From Tubiluchus corallicola (taxonomy: Eukaryota; Animalia; Priapulida), in NCBI GenBank assembly GCA_030141605.1, contig JAQGDQ010000276.1:1-64000 (forward strand): a stretch of 64,000 nucleotides of DNA, written 5' to 3'. Positions 15,205 through 27,405 of this stretch are shown here, one piece after another (positions within the stretch are counted from its first letter, which is position 1; each line of letters starts with the position of its first letter). The notes beneath the pieces were generated by a model, which was given only the letters and a program-made list of their open reading frames with translations, was not told the origin of the DNA and did not search any database. The position numbers and the translations under genes are program-made.

Positions 15205-16399
15205 CATTTTACTCAGCAGAAATGAATTAATTTGAAATCTACATCTAGATGCTAAAATCCCATCATATCCACAGCAGATGAAATATGAACAATTATAATT
15301 AGTGGCTGTACTATCGGCCATTTTTGCAGCCATGAAAGTCCTAAATTAGATGATATTATAATCTACTTTTAAGCATCAGATATTGATTCTACGACCTTTG
15401 AAAACTAAATTTGAACCTCAAAACACTCTTCTAACTACTGTAATAGGTAAAAAATAGCCCTTAAACATGAGCAAGCAGCAGCAAACTTTAACACATAATA
15501 ATTACAAATACACTGTCATTGTAAATAACATGTAAACAATAAACGGTTACGATTGGTTTGGCTTTAGTAGACTTTGAAACAAAACTGATAACATTAAACT
15601 ATTTTTTCAAAGAAGAAATTTTAATTCTTGGCTCTAAAGCCAAGTGCCCACCATTCTGAGATGTCTACCCAGGTTTTATGATGCTCAAAAATGCCAATAA
15701 TGATTTGTCCAGTTTAGTTTAGTCAACACAAAGTCTTCTACATGCACATTGTTTTCATTAATAATTTGAAATCACATTGTTCACTTTATATTAGTATTTA
15801 GCTTTATTGGTAGAGTACAACTTGTTTAACTTTAGTAATCAAAATTGAAAATGAATGATTAAAATATATGTGTCAAGTTTGCAGGTGTCAGTGCAAGCTT
15901 TCAAATTGGAAGTTGAAGAAAAAAGTTGAAACTCTACAAAAGCAAGACAATGCTGCATCAAGAACAGAAGCTGCTATATTTTACTGTGGATGAAGTTCTA
16001 TGTGGAACATCACACTTCCTGACAGTTTTGCAGCTAAACTTGATTTTTTGCAAACTACCTAATTTAGGAAAACATAGTGGAAGACATTGGACATTGTCAA
16101 AGAAGATCTTATATAAAAATTATACTGTTCCATTATAGGTGTTCAAACAGATGCAGATTTCCCCAAAATGTTTCAGTTTGCCTAGTCAATTTGCATAAGC
16201 ATCTGCGATTTATCCAAGATGCCTCCAAACAAAGATTTTCTGATCAACTCCTTCACTTGGTGAAATTTAAATGTGAGTGTACAGATGAAAAAATGGAAAA
16301 CCAGCAGACAAGCTACTGGAAGCAACCACTTGGGTATGTATTTTTTGTATGAATAGCACTAACTGTGTAAATAATTGTTAGTGTATAAATTAAAGTATA

Positions 16400-19300
16400 T
16401 TACTAGAAAACATAACAATAATACAATATAGGTTTTTCAACATCAAGATTCCCAATGCGATTTTTTAAAACACCAATGACAATTACGATTTCAAGATGAC
16501 TTCTGTCACTTATTAGTCATATTGCATGTTCTAAGGCTAATAGGACGATGTCAATGGTTTATCATCTGCATATAGGCTTCAAAGGCCAAGGATTTAGGGT
16601 AGTATCCCATATGATTTAGGACAGTATCCAATTGCAGACAAAGTGAGTTTTATATACAATTTTGCATGACTGTTGGCGACATGATGGCCATTTATGGATC
16701 TGTTTTAGTTTTTTGCATCAATCCTTTTCAGGATTAAAACAGCTAGTATAATTACATGATCATCGATCAGTATAATTTTGCTTTGCATTGGGTAGCCATT
16801 TTTAAAATAGTAGTAACCCAGATGTATTGCTTTGGTTCCACTACTCCGAAGTAGATATTATCATCACTTCTCAAAACTGCATTTCTTTTGATTACATAGT
16901 TCGTGCAGAAAGTCACCCTTGGCCCTTTTTCAAGCTGGCAATTGTTTATCTTGCATTCACCATAGTCATAAATTGATAAGTTTCACTATGTTTCCACTTT
17001 CAGAAAAACTACCCTAGAACTTATTAGAAACACCTTTTCAGGATTTTCTTCTAGTCTATAAGAAAAGTCTATCCAGGTTTTTATTACCAGTAACTTTGTT
17101 AAATGGCTCAAGATGCGTAATCTGTCAAGCCTAAAATTTTTACGGTATGTAACCCAGGGATAGAACTATCATTATACTGTATAGTTATAATCGTGAAGTA
17201 TGTTGCAACATAAGCTAATTCAGTGAAAAAGGAAGCTCAAAAATAAGACTAGATGATTAAAAAGAATTTTCATTTTGTTTTTGGCAATTCCACATGACTT
17301 AGATAATTAATCCTTACGTCAGTTTGTATACTACTGTTATCGGCCACGTCTCTGTAATTTCCTGTCTTTATCTGAGTTATTTTTATAGTTATATTAATTT
17401 TATAATTATATTAATTACTGAAACTTGGCTACTCTGTTTGCATGTTTACTGTCATTAACGTTGCTAAAAATCTAGTGTCAACTAAAGCAAACAGAACAGT
17501 TAATCACAATGTGAATAACTGTTTCTGTCTAAAAAAGCAAATTACTGGAGACATAGTAATAATAATATAATATAGGTTTTCAAGGTCAAGGAATCCATTT
17601 GTGATTCTCAAAAACACCCATGATATCACATCAATTACTATTTCAAGATGGTTGCAGCCACAGTGATGTAGCTAGCTAGAGCTTAATTGATCGTGAGCTG
17701 GGCACCCGGGGCAGCACTTGACGTTTGGCACCCATCACTTTACTTAAACTAATTCATGTGGATACATTCGTAATTTGGAGTAATAGTATAAAAGTTAGTC
17801 TATCATTTGCTTAAATTTGACTACCATATGTAGCAATGAAGTAAATTTGTTTCTATTTCAATAACTATTTTAGAATATAGCTCTAAAATTTGTCTTTATG
17901 CAACTTATTTATATGGTAGGCTTGCTAATCTGTAGTTGTGGCAAAAAAGAAAAAACTACATTTTAATTACTAAAAAACTTAGCTACTTTGTTTTTTGTTA
18001 CTGTCAGCAACATTGCTATAGAAAAATCTCTTGTCACCTGAAGCAAGTAGAACAGTTAATCACTGTATGAACAATTCTTTGTATCTAAATAAGTAATTTA
18101 ATAATAATAATATACCAAATAATAATACAACGTAGGTTTTTAAGGTCAAGGATTCCATATGTCAGGGCTGTGCTAGTTATTTGACTAGCCGGGCCACATT
18201 AAGCTTTCCTGCATTTCCTGTGGGCCTCCATGCAGTTTGGTCAAGAAGCTAAGAACAGTGGGGCCCAATAACGATTTCTTGCAGCTGATCTGTCACATCA
18301 TTACTACTACACCGAGAAAAACTATTCTGGAAGTTATTAAACATTAAAAACTATAGTTTTCAACTTTCATGTCAGGCAGTACATGGTAATGTTAGAACAA
18401 TGCACATTAGTACTGATTCTAATTCTGAACTGCAAGAACACTACACCTGATGAAACAATGAAACAACCACTGATGGAGGCATTTACTACTTAGCTAAACA
18501 GAAACTAAAATCTGGGAATCACCCTGTATCAGGGATGACCACCCTTTTTCAGCTTGCGAGATACATATAAATATAATAAATATAAAATGACCGAGCCAAA
18601 ATAATATACCTACTCCGACCAAGAAGATGACTGGGCCTATCTACCGGCCCGATAATAGAAGCCTACAGATTGATTTGTTGGCCCTCCTAATAGCCAATCA
18701 GATTACTTCGCACATTTCTTGCACATTTGGCATTTCAATGGTGGCTTCCGTAATAGTTTGCTATATTATTTGATCAGATAAAGCTTTACAATCCGATAAA
18801 GTTTACATTTAACTCGTTCCAAGTGACTGTCACGTAATTTCACCATATCTGCCAGTGACTGTCTCGTAAAGATTAATGCCATGCAATCTACCTGCACTAT
18901 CTTTGCAATTGTGGCATGGATTTCAGTTTAACTGGAAACATCTTCTTGATACTTGCAACTCAATTCATCACAAGGGCTGCACTTTCGTTAGGTTGACAAA
19001 CCACCTTGCAGGCCACAGAAGATCTCTCAGCAGGCCGCAGGTGGCCGTTGAACCACAGCTTGCACATTAATGCCATATATGATTATTAAAAACACCTATG
19101 TCATAACTTCAGTTATGATTTCAAGATGATTGCAACTGCTAATTTGATATATTGCATATTCTAAGGCAAATAGGATGACAGTGATGGTTTATCATTCACA
19201 TATGTAGGCTTTAAATGTTGAGGATTTAGGGGAGTATCCAAAGTGGCCACCAATTCATAACTTTTAGGCAAATGAGTGAGTTTTTCACAAGCTTGCAGGA

Positions 19301-19946
19301 CTACTGCATTGGGGACCTGGTGGCCATACTTCGAGAACTTTGCTTATTGATCTGTTTTAGTTTCTTGCATAGATCCATTTTAGGTGAAACAGCTAATGTA
19401 ATTGCTTTATCAGCATAATTTTGCTCTGCAGGCATTTTTAAAATAAAGTAACCGAGATATATTTCTTTGTTCCAACTACACTGAAACACAGATATTATCA
19501 TCACTTTTTAATACTGAATTTTTGTTGCTTTATGTGAGGGTAGTTTGTGCAGAAAGTTGGCCGACACTTTTTAAATTGGCAACAGTTTTGCTCGCATTCT
19601 TCATAGACAAATGATAAGACCTAGGGATAACAATATCTCATTGAATATCGTAATTATGAAAAATGTTACAATGTAAGCTAAGGCATGGAAAAAGTTTCAT
19701 TTAAAATCATAATTAGGCAATTAATAAGCATTAATACAATTAATTTTCATTGGCCATGCACATATTATGTTTCTTTAAAAGTTTGTCTTAACATGACTTA
19801 TTTATATAGTAACTATGCTACTAGTTAGTTACCGAAAACTTTGGCTATACTTTGCTGGAAAAATCTCTTGTCAACTGATGCAAGTCGAACAGTTAATCAC
19901 CGTGTGAATAACTGTTTGTTCCTAAAAAAGTAAATTATGGGAAAAC
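16400..19946 (+). repeat. Old local tandem duplication of a ~1.15-kb unit (about 3 copies, interrupted by insertions)
   Basis: Block 'taggttttt(c)aa(gg)tcaag..ttccca..aaaacacc.atg..gatttcaagatg' recurs at ~16430, ~17570 and ~18130 (resuming at 19073); 16500-17300 aligns by eye with 19120-19760. Confidence 0.75.
18163..19072. mobile_element. Non-autonomous hAT-type DNA transposon
   Basis: Starts CAGGGCTGTGC, ends TTGCACATTAATG (decayed TIR). TSD CCATATGT (18155-18162) / CCATATAT (19073-19080). Removing it restores the tandem-repeat unit. Confidence 0.7.
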
Positions 19947-19988
<42 letters not shown>

Positions 19989-19992
19989 GTAG

Positions 19993-20061
<69 letters not shown>

Positions 20062-20086
20062 TAATAATAATAATAATAATAATAAT
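19947..20086. repeat. (AAT)n microsatellite
   Basis: Long AAT run with a few interruptions. Confidence 0.97.
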
Positions 20087-21928
20087 ATAGTAGACCTGGT
20101 GCATCAGTAATTGTGTCAAAAAAATAAAAAACCATCCTCTTCCGAACACAAAAACTTGGCATATTCAAAGGAAAATGGCCCAATGTTTTTGCAGTCTATG
20201 GTAAGTAATCTCGAACAAACTTATGCAAACTCTCTGTGTATCAACAAACAACAAAATTTAATGGCCACCAGTCTCCCATTCCGAGCATGCATTGTGCTAC
20301 TTGTTGTTTTCAGTATATTAATTAATAACACAAGTTAATAGACTTACTGAGCACACAGTACATACATAATCTTAATTTGCTAACTGTCAGGGACACTTTG
20401 TGTCCTTTTCTGGAATTCATCGAGTTTTGAATTTCAAAAATGCTGGCAAGCATTTTTGTTCAACTAAACATAACTTATTTCATTCTACCAGTTGTAGATT
20501 TATTACAGCTTTCACCTTAAACTTCATGTATTAAACTATTTTTTGTAATTATTTTAAATCCTTCCCAACAGGTACATATATGTATTTAAAAATAGCAAAG
20601 CCTTAGCATATTAGCTAAACTTTCCACTCTCCAAATTTAACGAATTTGGAAACAAAATGACCAACGTACAAGCAGATCACACATTTTGTTGTTTTCTTTG
20701 TTTTCAGTATTTGAACATGTTTTTTGCAAAGTAATGAATAAAAATCCTCCCTTGCATTCGTACTAGTTTCCCATTAGCAAACGCTGATCTGCCCTCCTTC
20801 TCATTAGCTCATGCAGGCTATTAGTGGCATGCCAAGATAGTTTTTTTGTACCTGCTTGTCTATCAGTACTGGTGTTTTGGTGTTTCATTTCCATAATGCA
20901 CAGGCCAGATCCAGGGACCAAGCCCAGATCAGAAGACCTTATCAGCAATTTAAATGCAAGCTCTTATGTTTGGCACCAGTGACAGTTAAATTATTTTAGA
21001 CGATAATTCATCTGACAGTACTTGCAGAATATAAAATCTAAAAGTATGGTGACATTGATTTGAGTTATGTTTGGAATGATTTCACATTTTTATCAGACTA
21101 GCATGCACGAAAGTGCATATCTAGCAGTTACTGCAATAGAGTAATTTCTAGCAGTTACAGTGCTAGAAAGAAATTTTAATTCTCTTTCAGAAAATATAAT
21201 TTAATTTATTATAGTTTTTTACTAGTATGTCATGTAGAATTTTTCATGGTATCCACGTTTCCTATTATATTATTTGATTTGTAGATGATTCTTCTAGTTC
21301 GCCTTCACTTGCTAGCAACTCAAGATTTAATGGTAACAGGAATTTTATTCTTTATTAAAACACAGTCTAAATATGACAGCAATGTGCAATGACAAAGTCG
21401 TGTTCTTCACACATCTTCTGCTTAACTGAATGATGTTCTACTATGTTTCTGCCTGTCACTCGCAACATGTCGTATAATTAGGCCGATATGGGCATTTTTG
21501 TATGGGGATGTATGGGGAACTACACAAATGTTCATCACTAATTCAACATGCACAAACAGTTATCCACACATTGATTAACTTTTTTACATATTGCCTTTGA
21601 AGCATGATTATTTTACTCATTCAACTCTTTGCTAGTGGCATAGCGGCACAACGTGGTGCCTCCAGCACAAACTGAAAGTAAAATCTAACTTATAACCATT
21701 TTACATAGAATTAGTATGTCTACACCTGAGGACAATAATATTAAAATTTTATTTAACTAAAGCCCCCCCCCCACAATCCATCAGTTAGACAATTTACTAC
21801 AGTTCAAGAAGCTGTCCTAATACAGCGTATTTGTGTGGATCCATCCATGCAAACAGGTTTTCACAGAGATACCTTGATACTCTATAAATGTAGTATCTTA
21901 ATTGGACCAAGACAGTTAGCCGTTCTAC

Positions 21929-22469
21929 CAGTGGTGGCCCGTAGTTAAAATTAGTGGGGGTACTGCTTCAGAAAATTTTTATCCATTGTCTTAATACTGT
22001 GTAAAATGAAACAAACATAATTATGTAATTTTAATGTTGTAATTTGTAGTTATAATTTTAAACAAACAAACATACAAAAGCTTGAACACAAACTTTATAA
22101 AATCCTAAACAAAAAAATTTGCTTATGAATAGCCTAAATCACCGCATGTCAAGAATATGCCAGTACACGGTTTTCAAGCACTTGACTACTGACAAGAAAT
22201 TGTGTGAGCAACAGTACTTTCTCTGTCTAGCAGCAGACACTACTAGTGCTGCGTACAGCATTTTATCTCAGACATGTGTGCATGGCACAGCAGTCAATTA
22301 AACACACCACTGTGCTGGGCTGAGAAGCAAATAGTCCTACCCTCACGTGCTCTGGTTACATTCAAGTAAAAAGAAAGAACTAAGAAAAAGACATTGAATA
22401 TTATTGATAATAATGAGTGAAAATAGGGGGAACAGCACCTCCACAGTACCTATGCACGAGCCACCACCG
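21929..22469. mobile_element. hAT-type MITE (541 bp)
   Basis: TIRs CAGTGGTGGCCCGT / ACGAGCCACCACCG (12/14 match); perfect 8-bp TSD CGTTCTAC at 21921-21928 and 22470-22477. Confidence 0.85.
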
Positions 22470-22672
22470 CGTTCTACATAATTAGAATAGAATAGAATAA
22501 ATTTATTTTACAACAAAAAATGCAATGATACAATAATACAATAATAAGAAGAAGAAGAAATAAGAATTTGGCTGTAAGGAGGAAGAAGGAGCAAGTGCTT
22601 TCTAATGTTCCGCCTAAAGGTGAACATCATAACTGTAAACATCGATCTGTAACTACATAAATTTAACTGAAA

Positions 22673-23587
22673 TAATAATAATAATAATAATCTTTATTTA
22701 ACGTCGGCTTTTTGGTCAACAATTAACATTAGCTCAAAGAGCTATTATTGCTGACTGTAAATAACAACCTACAACTACATAACAGAGACTATTACTACCC
22801 CACTTTTACCCTAAATACCACGCGTCAGGCAGGGCAAAACGGTACCTAAACTGTGAAATTTTAGGGAACAAAACTATTACATCACTCAAGGGGAACACTT
22901 GGACAATTAAAAAGCTCTTAAGACAATTCCATGGTACTAATTATAATTCTCAAAACAGATACATCTAGAAAACGTTTATTCAGTAAATTATGAATAATGA
23001 TCAAACAAAATTTGATTAACTGATTTTTTAAACTTATGCAAACCAAACATTTTAAATTCATCATGGATAGAACCAAAGTTTTATAGCATTCTATTTAGTT
23101 GTTTGATGAAAAAATATTAGTCGAGTGTTATGGTATAAAATAATTAGTAGATGCAAGCTAGTGTAGTGATCATGAGTATGGACAACTAGAGTAAAATACT
23201 AGAGTATGGAAACTGTTGGGGTAATAATTTGTGGTGCAATAAATCTGTAAATAAACATAAGAGAGAGCAAGTCATATATTTTTTAATATTAAAAGTGTAA
23301 ACCTGCTTATATATTACATTAGTTTCATGATTGCAAGGAACTGTATGGATTACTTTAAGAATTTTATTTGAGTTATTTTCAAGTTGAGCTAAATTAGATT
23401 TGTAAATTCCACCCTACGACATAATACCATAAATTAAGCATGGACAGACTCAACTATAACAAATTTTTATTACTTTTCAGATTAGTGATTTTGTGGAGCT
23501 TACACATAATGCCTATAATTTGCTTATTTTGTGTTTGACATTATCTATAAGAATTTTTCAGTTGAGACGTTCGTCAGTGAATATACC
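22673..23587 (-). mobile_element. LINE A (CR1-group non-LTR retrotransposon), 3' portion
   Basis: Minus strand reads GIFTDERLN*KILIDNVKHKISKIIGIMCKL, a typical post-RT LINE segment. AATAAA plus (ATT)n tail at ~22673-22699 is the probable 3' end (boundary uncertain). Confidence 0.7.
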
Positions 23588-23710
23588 TATTAAGTGGTAA
23601 TTACAAAAAGATGTAACGTAATGATAAAGAGACAATCATGGCGACTCTTAAATGCAAGACCCGAAATCTTTATTGACAGCTTTCACAGCTATGCGCGACC
23701 ACACACAACA
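23588..23710 (-). repeat. 3' LTR of Gypsy A (123 bp)
   Basis: ~85% identical by eye to 30509-30632; adjoins PPT (minus strand CTCCTAAAAGGGGGAGA, 23711-23727). Confidence 0.92.
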
Positions 23711-24053
23711 TCTCCCCCTTTTAGGAGAATATAAAACTAAATATATTTAACAGTTCTTTAAGCTCGACTTGGCTTCCACTCAAAACAAATTCTTGAGATA
23801 ACTATATAGTCTCAACTTTAAAAATTGCAAATTCACTTTACACATTAGTGTATGCCAGTTAACTAACTTTTATACCTATTATGTAGCAATATAATTTTAA
23901 AGCTAACATTCTTGACATCTTGAACTATAACTTTAAACCATCAAACAAATTGTTCATTCCTAAAAGCTAAATTACTATCTGAGTGAAATTCTCGAACACT
24001 CAAATGCAACTAGAATAAATGAGCACACACAAAGAAAAACAAATACAGTTTTA

Positions 24054-27000
24054 TTATTCGCCAGATCTAGTCTTTATGAAGGCTTGTTCGTAAGACTCCA
24101 ATTTGGGTGCGATCATCACACCTGTCATCTGTTTTTGACAGTGTCTGGAGCTTGCAGGAGTTGTTGGTGCGCCAATTAAAGTCGTATTCGAAGGCAAGCT
24201 TTGAGCTTGAGGTGAAACTTCCCTTGAATGTTGTTTTTGCCGAGGTTGCTGTCTATCTCGTCTGAACACCTTGCCATCATTTATAGCAACAAGATACGAT
24301 CTTGAAAATAGCTGTTTTGTGACAGTTCTTTCTTTCCACTTATCATCTCCTGTTGCAATGGATTGCATTCGGACATTCTGCCCAATACTTAGCGGTTTTA
24401 GATTACTGGCACGCACATCATGATACAGAGCAGATGTACGCTTACATTCCTGTTTCCTCATGCATGCAGACTCATCAACTGTAGAAGTCAGTTTGCTGTG
24501 TGCACTCGGAATAAATGAAACAGTTCTGTGATTAAAAAGGCTTTGTGAAGGGCTTATTTCCAAACCGATGTAAGGATCTGCTACAGCAAGCAAGCAACAC
24601 TTAAACATCCTTTTAGCTGTTTTCACAGCTGCTTCTGCTGTACCATTTGGCTTTGAATTGCCAGGGCTAATGGTTTCAAGTCTGAATTGCTATTTCTGGC
24701 TGAAGGTTTTAAAGTCAAAAGATGTAAATTGAGTACCGTTGCCACTATAACAATTTCTGGAATGCTATGCCTGGCGAAGTATCGTTTGACTTTGTGCACA
24801 ATAATGCTACTCATAAATCTGGAAGAAAATCTAATTCAAAGAAGGTGCTGAAATAATCATCAGTAACTAAGTAGTGACACCCTCTAAAAGTAAAGATGTC
24901 AATTCCAACCTTTTGCCAAGGATGACTTGGTACATAGTGCATAAACAAGGGTAGATCCGATTGCTTATCACAGTATGTGGCGCAAGTGCCACAAGTTTCC
25001 ACATACTGGCGAATCTCTTGGCTTATACCAGGCCAAAAAATGAAGTCTCTGGCTCTACGTAGACATGAGTTAACGCCTGTTGGAAGCAAAGACTTGTCAT
25101 CCAACCATTCTTCGCTGATAGTTTTGCTCATCCTTACAAGTGTGACATCTTTTGAAGTTGCAATTCGGATGTCACTGTATTTTTCAGTGATTGACGTATC
25201 AGTTGAGTTATTGATGTGCTCAGTCGCAGTTTGTTCAGGAGGCCCTGTTGGTGCATGTGAGAATGCATCAGCCGCAGGAATGTCCTTACCTGGAATGTAC
25301 TTGAGAGTATAATCATACTCATGGTCCATGCCTCTGAGCAACATTGCTTGAAGACGTTTAGGTGCCTTACTTAATGGCTTGTTGGCAATTGACTGCAGTG
25401 GTTTATGATCAGATCTTACCAACACAGATCGTGCATAAGTGTAGTTCCCAAATTTTTCTAAACCAAAAAGTATTGCAGCCATTTCCTTCTCAATTTGTGC
25501 CCAATTATGCTCTGAGGACGACAGTAAATGACTAGCATAAGCAATAGGTCTGCCATCCTGCATTAAAGCAACACCTAACCCATATTCACTACTATCACTC
25601 TATAGTGAGTTCTTTATTCGCATCATAATAAGCAAGAACTGGAGCACTACCAATCATATGCTTGATAGTTTCAAAACTTTTCATCTGAGGCTCAGCCCAG
25701 TTCCAAGGAACATCTTTATGAGATTCTGTAGAGGTTGTAACGTGCCTGCTGCATAAGGTATAAACTTAGAGACATAGTGAACCATTCCTAAGAAGCAACG
25801 AAGTTCGGCGACATTGGTTGGCAGCTTCATTTCAATAACTGCACTGGCTTTTGCGTCATCGATCTTTAAGCCGACTTTCGTAATACAATGTCCCAGAAAA
25901 GTAACTGAATCTTTAGGAAATTCTGTCTTACCACTGTTTAGTTTTATGCCAGTCTCTAAACACCTTTTCAATAGACTATCTAGGTACTTATCATGTTCCT
26001 CCGTAGTTCCTCCAATGATTATGATACCGGGCAAATCACCCAGTGCATCCACTTTCTGGAAAATTTCACTTGACACGCACAATCCGAATGGTAAGTGTGT
26101 GCATCGATAACACCCATAGCAAGTTTGAAAAGTTGTAAGTAAACTGGACTCATAATCTAATGGTACATGCCAATAACCATGTGCTAAGTCCACTTTATAA
26201 AAATGCGACAGTCTGCCAGTTGATGAATAACTTCGTCTAAGACTGGTAAGGTATAATGTTCTCTTAGTAAGACTTCGTTAAGAGCATCAGGGTCAATACA
26301 AGTTCTTATTATACCTACTGACTTTTTTGCATTGACAGCACACTGTTTTACCCAAGGCGTTGGCTAATCAACTTAGGTCAAGAAGACACTTAAGTTCAAG
26401 TTTCAAGCATAAACAAAGAGCAATTGGGATGTGGTGAGCAGTCATAACAACTGGCTTTGCATTTGGCTTAATTTTGAGATTATGTTCTCCACCTGGTAAG
26501 ATGCTACACCTGGTTTAGAAACTGGTGCTTATTTATCATCAACAATTTTTGAAACACACTTAGGTTCTCATCTTGGTGCAAGATTGGTGTAAAATTACCT
26601 TTGAACATAGAGTAATTTTTCCCCTTTTTGGTATTGCGAATTACATGACGGCAAACACCCAATGGCTCAGTTAAGGTGCCAATCCACATTGTTAGAGTCT
26701 TCCGACATGGTTTAATGTCGGTAGCCAATTTCTGTGGTAAAGCATTCACAGTAGAACCGCTGTCCACGTGAAATGTAACATTGTCCTTACCAAGGATCAC
26801 TTTACGTAGGATCTAATTAGGTGAGCCAGCACTCAGTTTGTTGATCCACTCTGCCTCTGACTCATCATGGCTACTAGAGCCACCGACAGCACGCACATTT
26901 GTAGTACCTGCACAATATTTAGCCTCAAAATGATTTGTACCACCACATTTACAACAAGTCTTTCCTCATGCAGTGCAAAGTTTTAGCTGATGCATACTGC

Positions 27001-27405
27001 CACAAAATTTGCAAGATCGAGGAACACTAGAATTGTCATACTGGCGCCTATTTGATTTGCTAATATTTTTTACTCTTCTTTTTAGTGATTTTTTTATTAG
27101 GTTGTTGCCTCACATCGCACGGGCTTGACATGACACTCAACATTTTCTGTAGCCCTGCAAATGTCTATTGCTCTATCAAGGGTAAGGCATCTCTCTTTCA
27201 GAAGTGCCTGTTGTGTATCTTTATTGCGAATATCGATCGCTATTGCGATCACGAGTAATTGAATTAATGCATTCCTCGCAGTAGTTGTAAGTCTTAACCA
27301 AGGTCCGAACTGCCGAAAAGAATTTCCAAATGGTTCACTATCTTCTTGGCACCGTTTGTTTAATAGTAAACGTTCATAACTTTCAGTGATTTCCCCAACA
27401 GCATA
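24054..27405 (-). pseudogene. Gypsy A gag (3' part) and pol, frameshifted
   Basis: ORFs 24054-24626 and 24623-24814 (integrase), 24811-25563 (RNase H/integrase), 25681-26193 (RT), 26504-26800 (protease); gag YAVGEITESYERLLLNKRCQE at ~27345-27405. Confidence 0.9.
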
